A stretch of DNA of 59,334 nucleotides from the NCBI GenBank assembly GCA_001600815.1, contig BCKZ01000005.1:1241794-1301127 (forward strand), written 5' to 3'. Within the stretch, counting starts at the first letter, position 1; every line of letters begins with the position of its first letter. Positions 12,504 to 25,916 of this stretch are shown here, one piece after another. The notes beneath the pieces were generated by a model that was not told where the DNA came from, searched no databases, and was given only the letters and a program-made list of their open reading frames with translations. The stretch is from Alloascoidea hylecoeti. Lineage: Eukaryota. The position numbers and the translations under genes were made by a program.

Positions 12504-15500
12504 GGTAGGTCCATATAATGATAAGGAGGGAAAAAATCGAAAAGAACAGATTTAAAATCTTAAAGATGTAGTTTCTTATTTATTTCCACAAGGATAGAAA
12601 AATAAAACGAATAATTAGATATGTATAGAGAATAAATATTAATGCTGATATTAAATAATATTTGTGAACTATTAATATAATAATGTTGAATCGTTATCAA
12701 AGAAGGTTTTTAAAATGGGAAATCTAAATTAACCCCAAATTGTATACTTAAGGGTAGTATGGATGTTTCAAATTGCTATTTTATTCTCTATACTTTGATT
12801 GATTTTGGAAGATTAAGTTAATAATTAAACAGATAAGTGAATTTTACTTAAATATACTTCTGCGTCATGCCATATACGTTAGAAATTGCAATATACTAAA
12901 AATTAAAAAGATTAATGTGTGTATAGTACACTGGGTGGTCAAGTATGACATTGTTTTGCCCTGGAAAACTAAACCTATATATATATATAACTTATAAGCA
13001 TAATCCTCTAAGAAATATTAGAAAACAAAGTACAAATCACCTTCACCAACATGTCTAAGTATCACCGAAGACAATTCCAATAGTCAATAGTCCCCATTTT
13101 CTGAAACAACCTGTTTTATTTTCCTTCGGTATGGATTGCGACGTTGGTCGAAGAGCGATTGATCTAGCTAATTTCATACTAACACCTGGTACCATCCACT
13201 GTATTTCTAATTTCTATAGCCGTAACGTATATCATTTGGTGCGTGTCACTGAATATGAACATCTTTTCTTTCCTCATGAAATCTTCGTCCCAGAAATATG
13301 CATGCAGATGTATCTATTACTTCTATGAAGAAATATCTCAGAATGTATAATTTACATTGCTTTTTCACATTACTGTGGTGTTGTGGTCACATTTTTGACG
13401 AGGGGTGTTTAATGTTTTTTATCTTCCTATAAAAGTTCAGTTTCAGCGACACACACCATAAATGATTCTCTTAGAATTATAAAATTTTTTAATTCTATTG
13501 GCTATAGGAATTTATTGATATTTCATGCTTAAGCTATCTGATAATGACAATTATATGTAATTGATAATATATTATGAAATCAAATGTTAGTTTAAGAATC
13601 ACACATAACTGAAAAGATAACATTAGCTATAAGGCCTGGCCTTACAAAAATATTTGTTGATATCTCTAAAAGATCATCCAAGAGTTTTTTTAAAAAATCT
13701 ATACAAGTAGGATAAATTTAATGATATTTGAATTAATAATAATATATAGTAATTAATATATAATTAAAAGAAAAATCTAGAAAAAACTTCTCTAATAACC
13801 CACAAAACACATTGATGAACAATCGAAAAATCATTTTCCGATAAACAAGCGCTGAAAATTATAATATTAACGCAGGGCAGCGGAAGATGGATTTAAAAGC
13901 AATGACAACTTGCAAGGGTTTTTATACACGGTGTCTAACAAGAGAATAACAAATTAAACAGATATAAAAACAGACATATTAATTATCTTTCATTTTATTA
14001 ATTGAATTTAAATTATCAATCGATACCATTATCAACCTAAAATTTGAACCATTTTATTCATGATTAATATCGATCGATATATTACATAAAAATTGATAAA
14101 TAAGATACAACATTTAGTTTATAGTTATATTTAGCTACAGCTATAGTTTAACGTTTACAATTGTAATGGTACCATAGCTAACAAGAAAATAAATCTAAAA
14201 TTCATGGTACTCTTTAGATTTTAGTCTCATCCGAAACTTTATATATAATACAACCAAGCCAATAAAGTCAATCATAATTCGCAGTCAATAAGGTTTATGT
14301 AATCCGTATATCTGCCTTTGCTGCTATTTCCTAATGTTTCTATAAATTAGACTATAAAAAATATGTGTAAGTGGTATCGTTATATATTGACATATGATAA
14401 ACTGTCTCACCTTTAACTTAATTATTATATTTTCCTAGTGCATGTCCTTAAGAATTTGGCGTAAAACGAACAGAGTTAACAATTCAGCTTTATCGTTCTT
14501 TTTCTGTTCGGGCACCCATAAATCTGAATGGAGGATGATCCTGGGGAGATGATTCGGCAGCTTATTGGTAATTGAATTGGAATTACTCCAGATTTTGCTA
14601 CTTCTAGAGACTATATAAGCCTTATACCTATAGTAAGAGTGTATGTACCTACAGTTTGATGGTGAAATTGTCTCTATATTGGTAGAATAAATGGCTTTCC
14701 GTTTGGATTTACATGTTCTTTGATTTTAGGTGTGCTGCATTCATTACCTGTAATCAACTATTCTTCGTTTAATGTCCCTCTTTCAGAAATTAGGGGGTTC
14801 TTCCCTATAAACACTTATTTAGGGGTTATACTTATAATTTAATTATATAATCGGGACGATCCAACCAATCAGCAAAAGATGAAATATTTTCCATATTTAA
14901 GTGGTGAATTTCCTCCCTAATACATATTTTCTTTAAACACAACTGTGATTCCAGGGTTGACTGTGACAGTCTGTAAAAGACTACTTATGAATTATAGCCA
15001 GCTACCTTCACATATGGACATAAAATAGAATTAATATTAATTGTAATTGGCATAATAAACATTAGCCATTGTGAATATTATCATTAATGTTTCCTAAGCC
15101 TCCTTTTAAATATCTATTAATTAAGCAGGTTCCTCTATATGGCCTTCTCGAGACCTCTGTCAACACTTCCATCGCCTTGAAGAATATCCAATCAAGACTC
15201 CAGCTCTAGCTTCTAATCAAGTTTTAACGTCGTATTGGGTTAATAACACCTAGGCCTTATAATCTTTAACAACCATGTCATCCCCGGAAGCAATCATTTC
15301 TGTGTTTATAGATCTTAGAGTTTGTGGATAGTTGACAACAGCATGCGGTAAGATTCCATTAAACATTAATGAACTTTTTACTCTTAGATGATTCATACTC
15401 AGACCCGAATTGTATATAATAAGAGCTATAATGAATAGTAAGATCACTCTTAAAAATAATGAATGGAAACGTTTTGTGATAGGAGAAGCATTCAATATAT

Positions 15501-17715
15501 TCCTTATATTTGATTGAAGTCGTTTTATTCTTAAGTTGAACATTAACATTGCGATAAAATTATGGTGGGGAAAACTGATTTATATATAGTACCGGTTATG
15601 AGGGAAAATATTTCGAGTGAACCAAGATTATATAAATAGAAAACGATTATGTACGGTTAAAATAATTGCAATCTCGGTCAGTGGGATATCTAGTCTTTAT
15701 ATAATCTAATCATTTATTAGAGTTTGAATATTAGGGTTGATCACTGCTCTTGAATAGTCTAGGAAATCTTGATCCTACTACATGCTTTTATATTTGGTTG
15801 GCTGTGATTATATCAAGTTTCTCCTTCGATAAGTTTCTATGTATAATAGTAAAGATTAATTAGATTGTTTAGCTAGATGTTTCTAGATATGCATAGGTAA
15901 ATTTACAATAGATTAACAGAGGTTACTTTAAAACCCGATTTAATCTGATTGCACAGCTAGCTTACCAAACGTGTAACCCAAGCAGAGGTAGCCAGGTTGA
16001 ATGAAGATGCTTGATAAATCTTTACTATTCTAGAAAGTTATATTGAAAGGAATAAGATTTTTAACATTTCAAACCCGGGGCCCAACTCTAATTAATAACC
16101 AACTTTAAAGTATGTGGAAGTTCCTTCCATAATGAGTTCCTTGAATCAACGAGCAACAACACCACACCACTAGAAATTGAGACATCTTTCTGGATCTTTT
16201 TAGCCAAGCCATAACTCACCGCCACGCCAAAAATAGACCATAACTCATAGCGGGGGATCTGTTAAAGCACGTGGATTATATATATTTTTAATTTTTTGTT
16301 ATATGAATATATGTCAATCTCGATCATGAGGAGGGGGCGGTGATCAATTCACTCCTCTGGTAATTGTAAAGCTTGGTCTCGACCCTGCAGCTGTGAATGC
16401 TCAACTATGTTCTAACAGTCGCAACCATCGTATTATCTTATATGCATAACGGTAAGTATAATCCCTACAAATGGTAGTTACGAACTTACACGATCATTAT
16501 ACGCTGAAGCTTATACCAGCTATTAATCTATTGTAGGCATTAGATGGGCATGTATTCTTAAATCTGCTTGTAAAGACATAACTATTGAACATTCCATTAA
16601 CTGTAAGCTATAAAACCTACTATTGATAAATACCTTTTGGTTTAAAGGGTATTCTTGAAGAGTTTTTACATATTCTTATCTATAATATGATGAAATAGCA
16701 GCTATCCATTTTTGAAATTTGGTTCCTTTAGTTGTGGCGCTGGATAGGATTTAATAATTTAGTAAATTGAGTGGAAGAACATTGACCACAATTAGCACGG
16801 TGATCACCACATTTTATGAAAAGATGTTATACCCGGCACACCGGTATAAGATAATGTGTGTGTCATTGAGAGTAGCTATAGGGTAACCCTCTACCTTACA
16901 GTGAGGGTGATTGAGAGGGAAGCCTTATTCCTGTAGTACAGATAAATTTTCAGTATCGCATTATACTTAATTTGGGCCACATTATGTAATAAATATTTCG
17001 CGTTACCGCTCTATAATAATTGCTTGTCTATACATTCTTTCTTAAATTGTATGGACCTTTGTAATCCGGAAACATCAACCCTATTACGAAGAGTAATCTC
17101 GGATGTAAGTTATAATGTGAATGAAAAGTATATGTGCCTTCATGAGACCTACAATATTGGTAAAAAGCTTCCTCAGCTATAGAAAGTTCGACAACATTAA
17201 AGCTACAGATACTAAAAATTTTACCTACAGTAAATATCATTATCGATATTATTATCCAGTGAAACGAAATCTTTTGCCAGGATGAAATAATAATATGAAC
17301 TCGTACAATTAGTATGCATTAGAAATCATGTATTATAACACTATCCACCAAAATCAATTGCAATAGCCATATAGTAATATATCATTTTTCAATTGCAATA
17401 ACCTATGAAATCCTTTAAACGTTTAAAGTTTAAGGCCAACCATAGCTAGTTATATACCATGTGTATAAAAAAATAAACGAAAGCATAAAAAATGATACTA
17501 ATAGTCATAAGATAAAAATTAAATAAAAAGTAATTTAAGACTGAGTTGAAAGGGAAACAATTACAAACTTCCCATACAAACCATAAAACAACGTATTAGA
17601 ATAATATGAAAGAGAGAAAAAAAAAACAAAAAAAAAGGAAATGAAATGAAATGAAATAAATAAATACATAGAGGAGATACATATATAGTATGCTTTCATA
17701 TAATATAACGAGTGA

Positions 17716-18131
17716 TAATGATCAATAAAACCAATAAAAAATAATAAAAATAATAAGACTAGGCTGTAGCTAGCAAGATTTATTTTGACTTGCTGCTGTT
17801 GAATGTATATCTTTAATCCTTTTTCTTTTAATAAATATTTTCCACCACTATCTTAATCTTCAAAATACTCTTTGAGAACAGATTCATCATGTAATTCTGT
17901 TTTAACAGTATTATAAACATATTGAGTTTAATGATCAATAAAACCAATAAAAAATAATGAAATAAAGACTATAGCTAGCAAGATATATTTTGACTTGCTG
18001 TCATTGAATATATATCTTTAAACCTTTTTCTTTTAATAAATATGTTTTATTTACCATTATCCTAATCTTCAAAATATTCTTTAAAAACAGATTCATCACG
18101 TAATTCTGCTTTAACAATATTATAAACGTAC
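17716..18131. repeat. ~210-bp diverged tandem duplication of the IRE1 3' end and 3'UTR
   Basis: Units start at 17716 and 17929 (taatgatcaataaaaccaataaaaaataat..). The downstream copy encodes YVYNTVKTELHDESVLKEYFED* (17921-17853) versus IRE1 YVYNIVKAELRDESVFKEYFED*. Confidence 0.9.
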
Positions 18132-21100
18132 ATTAATAATTTTGGGAATCTTCTTTCAAAATATGAATAAAACTCACTAGGATAAGAACCTAATTCTGTT
18201 TTAACATCAGGAGGAAGATCATTATAATGATGACCTTTATTCCTTAGAGCTCGAAGTAAATCATTCAGCCGTTCAACTCGATATGTTCTGTATTTTCCTA
18301 AATTATCAATTAATTGTTTATCTAACTTTGAAAACCAATCGTTACCAACAATTCCATGAGCACCAGACTCGACCATTTGAACTAAACGAGATGGGTTCTT
18401 TAAATCTTGATCCTCAGCATCTAATTTATCAGAAAATTTGAGTAAGAAATCCAATTTTCTAGAATTAGACCAAAAATATGGATGCCTTAAAACTTCGCTT
18501 GCCTCTGGTCTTGCTGTTGGATCATTTGAGATCATAGATGATACAAGATCCAGAGCTTCACAATTTCCTTCTTCTTCAAAATTTTCTAGGCGATTTAAGG
18601 AATATCTGTTTTCAATAATGTTACCATCTCTTACATATCTATTACCAAATGGATGTTCCCCTTCAGTTATAAAATAATAAAATAAACAACCAATTGAAAA
18701 AATATCAATTGCTTTTGTCAATCCTTTACTTGGCTGTGAAGTAGAAGCATTATCTAAAAGATTAACAGTTGTAGTAGCACTCTTGATATCATCAGAAGGA
18801 GATGGAAGTATATGATTATTATATACCCCATTATTTTCATCGGTAAGCAATTCTGGAGCTCTCCAACCAGAAATGACAGCATCACGAGTTTCATCCGTAT
18901 AACTTGATTCATCATTTTCTAACCTCTTACACAACCCCAGATCTGATATCATAATTCTTGCCTTTGGTGTTGGTGATTGTTTTACAACTACCAAGACATT
19001 TTGTGGATTTATATCCCCATGAACAATTTTCAAAGAATGTAAATGTTTCAACCCAGAAGCCATTTGTTCCAATAGTGATTTCCCATTTAATACCTTTTCT
19101 ATACTTTTATAACCCTCTTTATGTTTTATAAAGTCATATAATGTACAATCAAATAATTCCAACGCAATGTACATAAAAGTATTATCCCTCTCCTTACAAT
19201 AATAACGAGCTATATTTGTGTGAAAGTCACTTTCTAAAAGTAAGTCAATTTCATTTGATGCAGTATCAAAAAATTCTAAAAGAACTCTTTTTACTGCGAC
19301 AGCTCTTGAACTATCAAATGTACCTTTAAAAACACTTGTTCCAAAAGTCCCACCTGAATAACCTAAACGTTCATTTGTAAATCTCAGTTTTCCAATCTCT
19401 GTAATAATAGGTTGTGATTCAATTGGAGTAGGAGTATTAACAGGTATTATACTATTTTCATTTACATTCAATGATTGTGAGTTATTAAGGGATGTGGCTT
19501 TTGCTTTAGCAGCAGCATTTTTCTTACCACCCCTTGTTCCTCTTTTTCTTCTCTTCTTTTGACCTGGTTCACTATTGTTACTTGTTATAGAATTATCATT
19601 ATTATTTGGAGAGTTGGGTTTCTCGCTGATTTGAGATGTATCCATTTCTTGTGATTGATCAGTTGAATCAGATAAATTTGAATCAGTTCTTCGATGACTA
19701 ATATCATTCACTTTTTTATTTTGAATTTCACTTTCATCTTCTATTGAATCAGATTTAATATTATTAAGTTTATCATTTTCAATTTTATTTTGATCATTTT
19801 CAATTCCTTTATTTTCATTTTCACTTCCATTTTCATTTTCATTTTTCTTTCCAATTTTATTAGATTTTTTTCCATTTATTTTATCATCATTTGATAATTT
19901 TGAAATATCAACAATAATTTCTTCTTCTTTTAAATCTTTTTTATTTAATTTCTTAAAATATAAATCCTCAATAAATTTCCAAATAATCTTAAACATTTTT
20001 AATCCATATTCACGAATAGTTCCAAAATTTGATTGCATAAATAAAACAAGTATAATGAATATAAAATCATAAATATATGAATAATTATTTGATTTTTCAG
20101 TTATTATTATATGATTATTTGAAATTCCTTGAGTATTAGTATTTTGATAATTTGGATGATAATATGGATTTTTTCGAATAGGGAAACTTTGTGCGGTATT
20201 GTGTGAATTTTGTGAATCTTCTGATCCTGGAGGTAATAATGCAGGTGCATCCCCAGGATTGAATCTAAAGTTTGGATTTTCAAGCTTTTGATCTTCATCT
20301 TTTTCAAATGAACTAGGATGACCATAATAAGGATATATAGAACCAATTCTGTATGGGTGATCAAATTCACCAGGAAATCCTTGGTTTGCACTCATAATAT
20401 CTCCAAAATAACCAGCAAAAGGAATCTCTTCATGAACACCAACAATAATATCTTCAATCATACCATCATCAAATTTTGTCCATAATTCTTGAAGATTTTC
20501 AGATGATAAACCAGCATCTAATAATTCATACCACTTAGCTTTTGAAGATTGTGATATCAAAGATGGAAAATTAATCGAAGAAAGAGCGTACCAAGATTGC
20601 CAATCGGTTTTATTAATAAAAGTTTTTGAATTATCAGGAAAGTTATTCACGACTAATGGATGAGATTGAATAACCAATTCTTTTTCTCTTGACATTAATA
20701 AATTTTCCCTACTTAATTGTAAATCCAAAATATCGAAAATTTCAATTGGTGTTGATTTTAATTGAACCTCCCATGCAAACCCTTTATTATTTATAGCTTG
20801 AATAGAGTTTGCATATGGAGACATAATAACGCGATCTCGAATACCAGATTTCGGATGTTTTGGACGAGAAGCAGGACGTCTGGTTCTGGGAGAATCACGA
20901 GGTGAGCGAGGAGGAGAAGGGGATGGAGACGGAGATGCAGTTGGAGAAGTATAATCGGGACCCCATACAGTATAACGGACGTTCCAAGCGGGTCTAGAAT
21001 TTGAGTGGATAGATAAGGTATAAACAGTTTTACCAATCATGACACTATCAGTATCTAAACAAATATCATCTTCATCATATTTTTCAGTAGATTCACCATA

Positions 21101-21622
21101 TTTTTTAAGTATTTTTCCAGTTTTCGCATCAATTGAGTATAAGACCGTGTGTTTGTATCCAGTATACACCCGATCTAACAAGGCAAACGGGGAGTCTGCC
21201 ACCAATTGTTTAATTGTCAACGGGAGCCTATGCAATCCACCGGCATCGAAATAAAACAGAGCACCCTCATTGACAGGCTCCACGATCCAAATGACATCGT
21301 CCGTGTTGTTTGAAGAAGTAGACATATCGATGAGAGGTTCACTTGACGGAATAGTCCACAATACGGACCCAGAAGTTTTGTTGATTCCGTGAAGAGATCC
21401 ATCTAAAGTCGCTGATAGAAAAACGTCGTATAGTTCAGGGGTATAATGGGAGTAAACAGCAGAGGGATCCGGAGCATAATAGGGAACCAAGGAACCTGCT
21501 CCAAGTTGGGCCACTGCAGTTTGCTGTGTATGTTGGAATGGTGGCAAAGAGGGATAAGGCGTCATGGGCACCACTGGACCCGCAAGGCACGCACCCAGCA
21601 TAAGAAGAACAGCCCAAAACAT
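18062..21622 (-). CDS. IRE1: ER stress sensor kinase/endoribonuclease
   Basis: Signal peptide, luminal domain (ATLDGSLHGI, IVEP..GALF), TM, RRKRGTRGGKK linker, kinase (VAVKRVL, SDLGLCKRL, GWRAPE) and KEN RNase (LGKYRTY, DLLRALRNKGHHY). Confidence 0.95.
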   Translation of the reverse strand: MFWAVLLMLGACLAGPVVPMTPYPSLPPFQHTQQTAVAQLGAGSLVPYYAPDPSAVYSHYTPELYDVFLSATLDGSLHGINKTSGSVLWTIPSSEPLIDMSTSSNNTDDVIWIVEPVNEGALFYFDAGGLHRLPLTIKQLVADSPFALLDRVYTGYKHTVLYSIDAKTGKILKKYGESTEKYDEDDICLDTDSVMIGKTVYTLSIHSNSRPAWNVRYTVWGPDYTSPTASPSPSPSPPRSPRDSPRTRRPASRPKHPKSGIRDRVIMSPYANSIQAINNKGFAWEVQLKSTPIEIFDILDLQLSRENLLMSREKELVIQSHPLVVNNFPDNSKTFINKTDWQSWYALSSINFPSLISQSSKAKWYELLDAGLSSENLQELWTKFDDGMIEDIIVGVHEEIPFAGYFGDIMSANQGFPGEFDHPYRIGSIYPYYGHPSSFEKDEDQKLENPNFRFNPGDAPALLPPGSEDSQNSHNTAQSFPIRKNPYYHPNYQNTNTQGISNNHIIITEKSNNYSYIYDFIFIILVLFMQSNFGTIREYGLKMFKIIWKFIEDLYFKKLNKKDLKEEEIIVDISKLSNDDKINGKKSNKIGKKNENENGSENENKGIENDQNKIENDKLNNIKSDSIEDESEIQNKKVNDISHRRTDSNLSDSTDQSQEMDTSQISEKPNSPNNNDNSITSNNSEPGQKKRRKRGTRGGKKNAAAKAKATSLNNSQSLNVNENSIIPVNTPTPIESQPIITEIGKLRFTNERLGYSGGTFGTSVFKGTFDSSRAVAVKRVLLEFFDTASNEIDLLLESDFHTNIARYYCKERDNTFMYIALELFDCTLYDFIKHKEGYKSIEKVLNGKSLLEQMASGLKHLHSLKIVHGDINPQNVLVVVKQSPTPKARIMISDLGLCKRLENDESSYTDETRDAVISGWRAPELLTDENNGVYNNHILPSPSDDIKSATTTVNLLDNASTSQPSKGLTKAIDIFSIGCLFYYFITEGEHPFGNRYVRDGNIIENRYSLNRLENFEEEGNCEALDLVSSMISNDPTARPEASEVLRHPYFWSNSRKLDFLLKFSDKLDAEDQDLKNPSRLVQMVESGAHGIVGNDWFSKLDKQLIDNLGKYRTYRVERLNDLLRALRNKGHHYNDLPPDVKTELGSYPSEFYSYFERRFPKLLMYVYNIVKAELRDESVFKEYFED

Positions 21623-21732
21623 GGTATTTAACTTGTTATTTATGATAGTTTCAAATTTTTTTGCTGAGAAGGTTTATGAATTCCATGGAGGCTCAACAAG
21701 GAGGGTAACTAAAATATCCTGAAACAAGCACC

Positions 21733-21743
21733 GGTTCGAACCC
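21733..21743 (+). promoter_or_regulatory. Isolated Pol III B-box (possible extra-TFIIIC site)
   Basis: GGTTCGAACCC in the 150-bp SUA5-IRE1 spacer, with no surrounding tRNA cloverleaf. Confidence 0.35.
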
Positions 21744-21772
21744 CGGATGTCGCAATATTTATTGTTATTTAT

Positions 21773-23014
21773 TTATCTAATTATAACAGATGAAGCTTTC
21801 TTTAATCTATTCATTATTGCTAATCCTTCATCTTCTTCTGTAACTCCTTCAACCAGTATAATATTCATCCCTAAATCATCCATTTCTCTCAATTCATAAA
21901 ATAAATTCTGTGCTATATCATGATTAGATTTCCCCAAATCTCGCTCTATAGAAATATATTGTTGTATTTCTGGTATTGATTCGAAAAACTTAGACTTAAG
22001 TAAAGCTATTTTTAAATCTTTTATATTTTTATTATCAATATCAAGAGTTTTAATATATTCTAGTATTTTTTCTTTACCATTCCCACATCCATCAAATAAT
22101 ACAACTTTGGCATCTGGTGAATAATGTCTATATTTCATGCCTGGAGTTTTAACAGGTTCATCTTTACCGACTGCTCGTTTAAAAACAACAATATTTTCCC
22201 ATTCTTTACCTCCAACTTCTTTGATTTGTTCCAAAGTAATGCATCCAGGCCTAAGTAACATTGGTGGAGATGATAATCCATCAATAACGGTTGATTCCAC
22301 TCCAACAGAACACAATCCACCATCAAGAATAGCAGGGATTTTGCCATGTAAGTCATGATAAACATGTTGTGCTGTTGTAGTGCTTGGTTTTGTTGATGTA
22401 TTTGAAGATGGTGCAGCAATCGGTTCATTTGTTAATTTGATAAGCGCTCTTGCAATTGGATTTGATGGCATTCTAACTGCAAAAGTGGGTTGACCAACAG
22501 TTGTTGCACTTGATAATTTTGAATTCTTAGGAATTGGTAAAAGAATTGATAATGGGCCTGGCCAAAATTTTTCAATTAATTTTAGATAGATTTGTGGTAT
22601 TTCCTGATTATCAAATAATTGTTCTTTTAGCATTTCAATTGATGAAACATGTGAAATTAATGGATTATCAGATGGCCTATTTTTAATTTTATAAATATTA
22701 TGAATTGATTTTGTTGAAAAACTTGATGCTGCTAATCCATAAACTGATTCAGTTGGAAATGCAATTGGTTGATTTGTTTCTTTTAAATATCTTGCTGCAA
22801 TTTCTAAATTTTGTTCAGTTTTAAAATCATTAATTTTTAAATTAAAATCATTAAATTTTTTAGAATTATTTAATTTTGGTATAAAATTAATTGAATTTGA
22901 ATCCATTTTTAAAATTTTTGTATTTAAATTTGAAATTCTATCTATTTGTGAAAAATCAAAATTAGAAAATTCATCATCTTCATTTGATTTTAAATTTATA
23001 TCTGCTTGTGTCAT
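21773..23014 (-). CDS. SUA5: Threonylcarbamoyl-AMP synthase (t6A); frame open upstream to TTG at 23167
   Basis: AFPTESVYGL, KNRPSDNPLISH, FWPGPLSILL, AVRMP, GVESTVID, PGMKYRHYSP, GLAIMNRLKKAS. Confidence 0.95.
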   Translation of the reverse strand: MTQADINLKSNEDDEFSNFDFSQIDRISNLNTKILKMDSNSINFIPKLNNSKKFNDFNLKINDFKTEQNLEIAARYLKETNQPIAFPTESVYGLAASSFSTKSIHNIYKIKNRPSDNPLISHVSSIEMLKEQLFDNQEIPQIYLKLIEKFWPGPLSILLPIPKNSKLSSATTVGQPTFAVRMPSNPIARALIKLTNEPIAAPSSNTSTKPSTTTAQHVYHDLHGKIPAILDGGLCSVGVESTVIDGLSSPPMLLRPGCITLEQIKEVGGKEWENIVVFKRAVGKDEPVKTPGMKYRHYSPDAKVVLFDGCGNGKEKILEYIKTLDIDNKNIKDLKIALLKSKFFESIPEIQQYISIERDLGKSNHDIAQNLFYELREMDDLGMNIILVEGVTEEDEGLAIMNRLKKASSVIIR

Positions 23015-25916
23015 TGTATTATGATTTATTGATAATGTATTTAATGATCTATAATTAATACTTGGAAACTTATCTAGATTGAATACTCTACTCAAAAAAG
23101 AGGAGCTCTTATTATACAATGATCTAAAAGTAATGTTCGTCGTCTTGAAATAATGAATGGTGATCAAACAAGATTAAATGAGGTAGGATGTATTTTTTTT
23201 TCTTCTACGGAATATTACTCATATTGATCTAATATACCACGTGATCTGAATTGAAATTTCAATATGGAATCCTGCAGCTGTTCATTCCACAGATTTGGTT
23301 TATCAACTGATGATTTTCATCATATGATAAATCTGCAAATAGTGGGTTCATGAACTGTTATTACAATTATGAAATTCTGGAATTCCTCATGAAAAAATAG
23401 AACGTTTACAAGGAGGTTTCTTAAGTTCTTCGCAACTTTAATAGGATGGACTCCATGGAGTAACGAATATAACGATGAATCGTCGACAATGCTAATTATA
23501 ATGTTTTCCTATATTATTGTTTTTGTGATGCCCCAGACATTCTTGATGGAGACTTTATTTTCCTGTTCATTGTATTGTAGTGCGTTTATATCATATTTTA
23601 TTAAGCTATTAAGTCACACGACAATTGTTCATGGGTTTTCCTATAGCTATGGCAGGAAGAGTACCTGAAGACTTTAGCTTTCGTTTCGGAGGATTCAATT
23701 TCCTGTCAGACCTTTACTTGACGGTTAAAACTTACAATATTAATATTTGTAGATACGTATTACGTAGTGATATTCTTCAAAAATATGAGGAGATTCTTAA
23801 CGATATAGCCCTTAAATTAATAATAATATTGTAAGAAAAGAATGTAAAATGCGTGAGGAAGTGAAATCCTATATCAACATCTGATATTTCCAATTCTACA
23901 AATCATTTTTATTTCTGTGGATTTGACGGGAATCTTTCCCGTAAGTCATAATTTTTTAATTTTTTTTTTAATTTTTTTTAATACATTTTATTATTTTAAT
24001 ACTGATCATCAATAGATCAGCAGCCTTGGTTTTCTCCAGGATATTGGAGAGTTTTCAAATATATCAAGCGATGAATATCGATCCCAAAATCCCTTTTGGA
24101 TTAACTGCTCTAAAAATTTCACATCTCATGATCAATCAACACAATCCGCGTGAATTTAAAGCACTAAAATATACCTATGATTTAGCGAATAATTACATTT
24201 AAAGATAAATACTATCATCATTAGGTTGAGGGCTTTTGTTACTAAGTATCATATAGCTATATATAACAAATTTATATCAATCCTAATATTATTAGCTGTG
24301 GTCAGGATGATGTAACTGTCAAACTATAGAGGATGTTTAAAAATTCTATTATCTGCTGAGTTTAATTGATCGAATATTAATAAGATAAAGGCATCTTAAT
24401 AATGGACATATATAAAGCTTTGGAAACTCTCATAGATCAATTGCAATGGTACATACAATGAAATATAACATATATAACTTACTTATCGCCAATCGCGATA
24501 TCGATCTGCCGCGGATAAAAATTGACTTAACCTTGACCTCAAATTCTCCAAAATGCAAACAGTTAACATTGCATATATTACATTAAACAGTTAAATGAAA
24601 CAATGTAAACAATGCATAGGTTAGTAGAACAGAAGCAAGTCGATCATGATAGCATGGAAGATGCGTCGTCTAGATCTAGTTCACAACATCGAGGAATTCC
24701 TTAAGCTTGTTGTGGATCGATATTTTAAAATTGGGAACACTTTGATCTCCCCAACATGATTCATATTTGCTCTCTTCTAGCTTAAGATATTATACCCAAG
24801 ATTAATATACAACTTTTAAAGTGGAGGACTATTAATATAACAGCTAAATAAAACACTTCAAACCTTGCAGAGGCCGGTAAAAATCAAAGCGCTTAAGACT
24901 CTCAAACATTACAAACGGCGTACATGAGCTCAAACTTTCACTTAATATGAATTGATTGTAAGTAGCCTTCAATGTTGTTGTTTTATATCTAAAAATAAGC
25001 ACCGGTACCCAAGGTTATAATTGGTTTCATTAATTTTGAGTGAGATTTATGGGCCGGATATAATTATTGAGCAACCTGAAAAATTTAGCCACAATTGCAA
25101 TTAATTGCAATGTTATAGCAATTATCTACAAGTTAATATTAATTTAAAATAGCAAAAGTTTAGAAACGTAAAGTCATCACCAACTAATTATAATGTAAAA
25201 TATGTAACTATCAATTTATAATGTTGTATGCCATAACTTTTAACCAAAATCTATAAATTTTACATTATAAATTATAATTACATGTGTCATCGAGACATGT
25301 GCAGCCGTTAAGCTAGGCAGTGCAATTTTATCCTTATAATTATATTTTTAACTAGTAACATTGAAGCTCTGGAATTTCATATTTGAGACAGCTTTGAATT
25401 ATATAATAGCTATTCATGCATCTAATATAGCTTATAATTATATACTTAGTGCAATTATAAGGCGATATAAACATTCTAAAGATAGATTATTCCTAGGATC
25501 AAAATATTGGACTTTGGGAGTATGATATCAACAAAAAATTATTTTATATAGTAAAACACAATATTGCAAAACATTTTCCTGTGTGTACATTTTTTCTGTT
25601 GTACTGTGCATCATTATGATCAGCAAATGAGATCATTCAAAGGTCACTCATTCATTGTAATTAGTTTTTGGAACCGAGGTGATTGTAGAGACATTTTTTA
25701 TCTATATATTAATCAAAAATTCCTTGGATTTCAACAGTTAAACTTTCAAATCTAGGTTATTATATATTTTTCAGTATCAAAAACTTTGCAATTGCTTAGC
25801 TTGTCATTCCTTTTTCTCAGTTTAATATTGCAACATTTTAAAATTATACATTCTTTTATAAATTAATTCTTCAATTCTTTAAATTATACTCTAATTATAC
25901 ATTTATCATTATCATC

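Noticed and set aside
21700..21760. tRNA gene suggested by GGTTCGAACCC
   Set aside because: No A-box or cloverleaf; kept only as a lone B-box.
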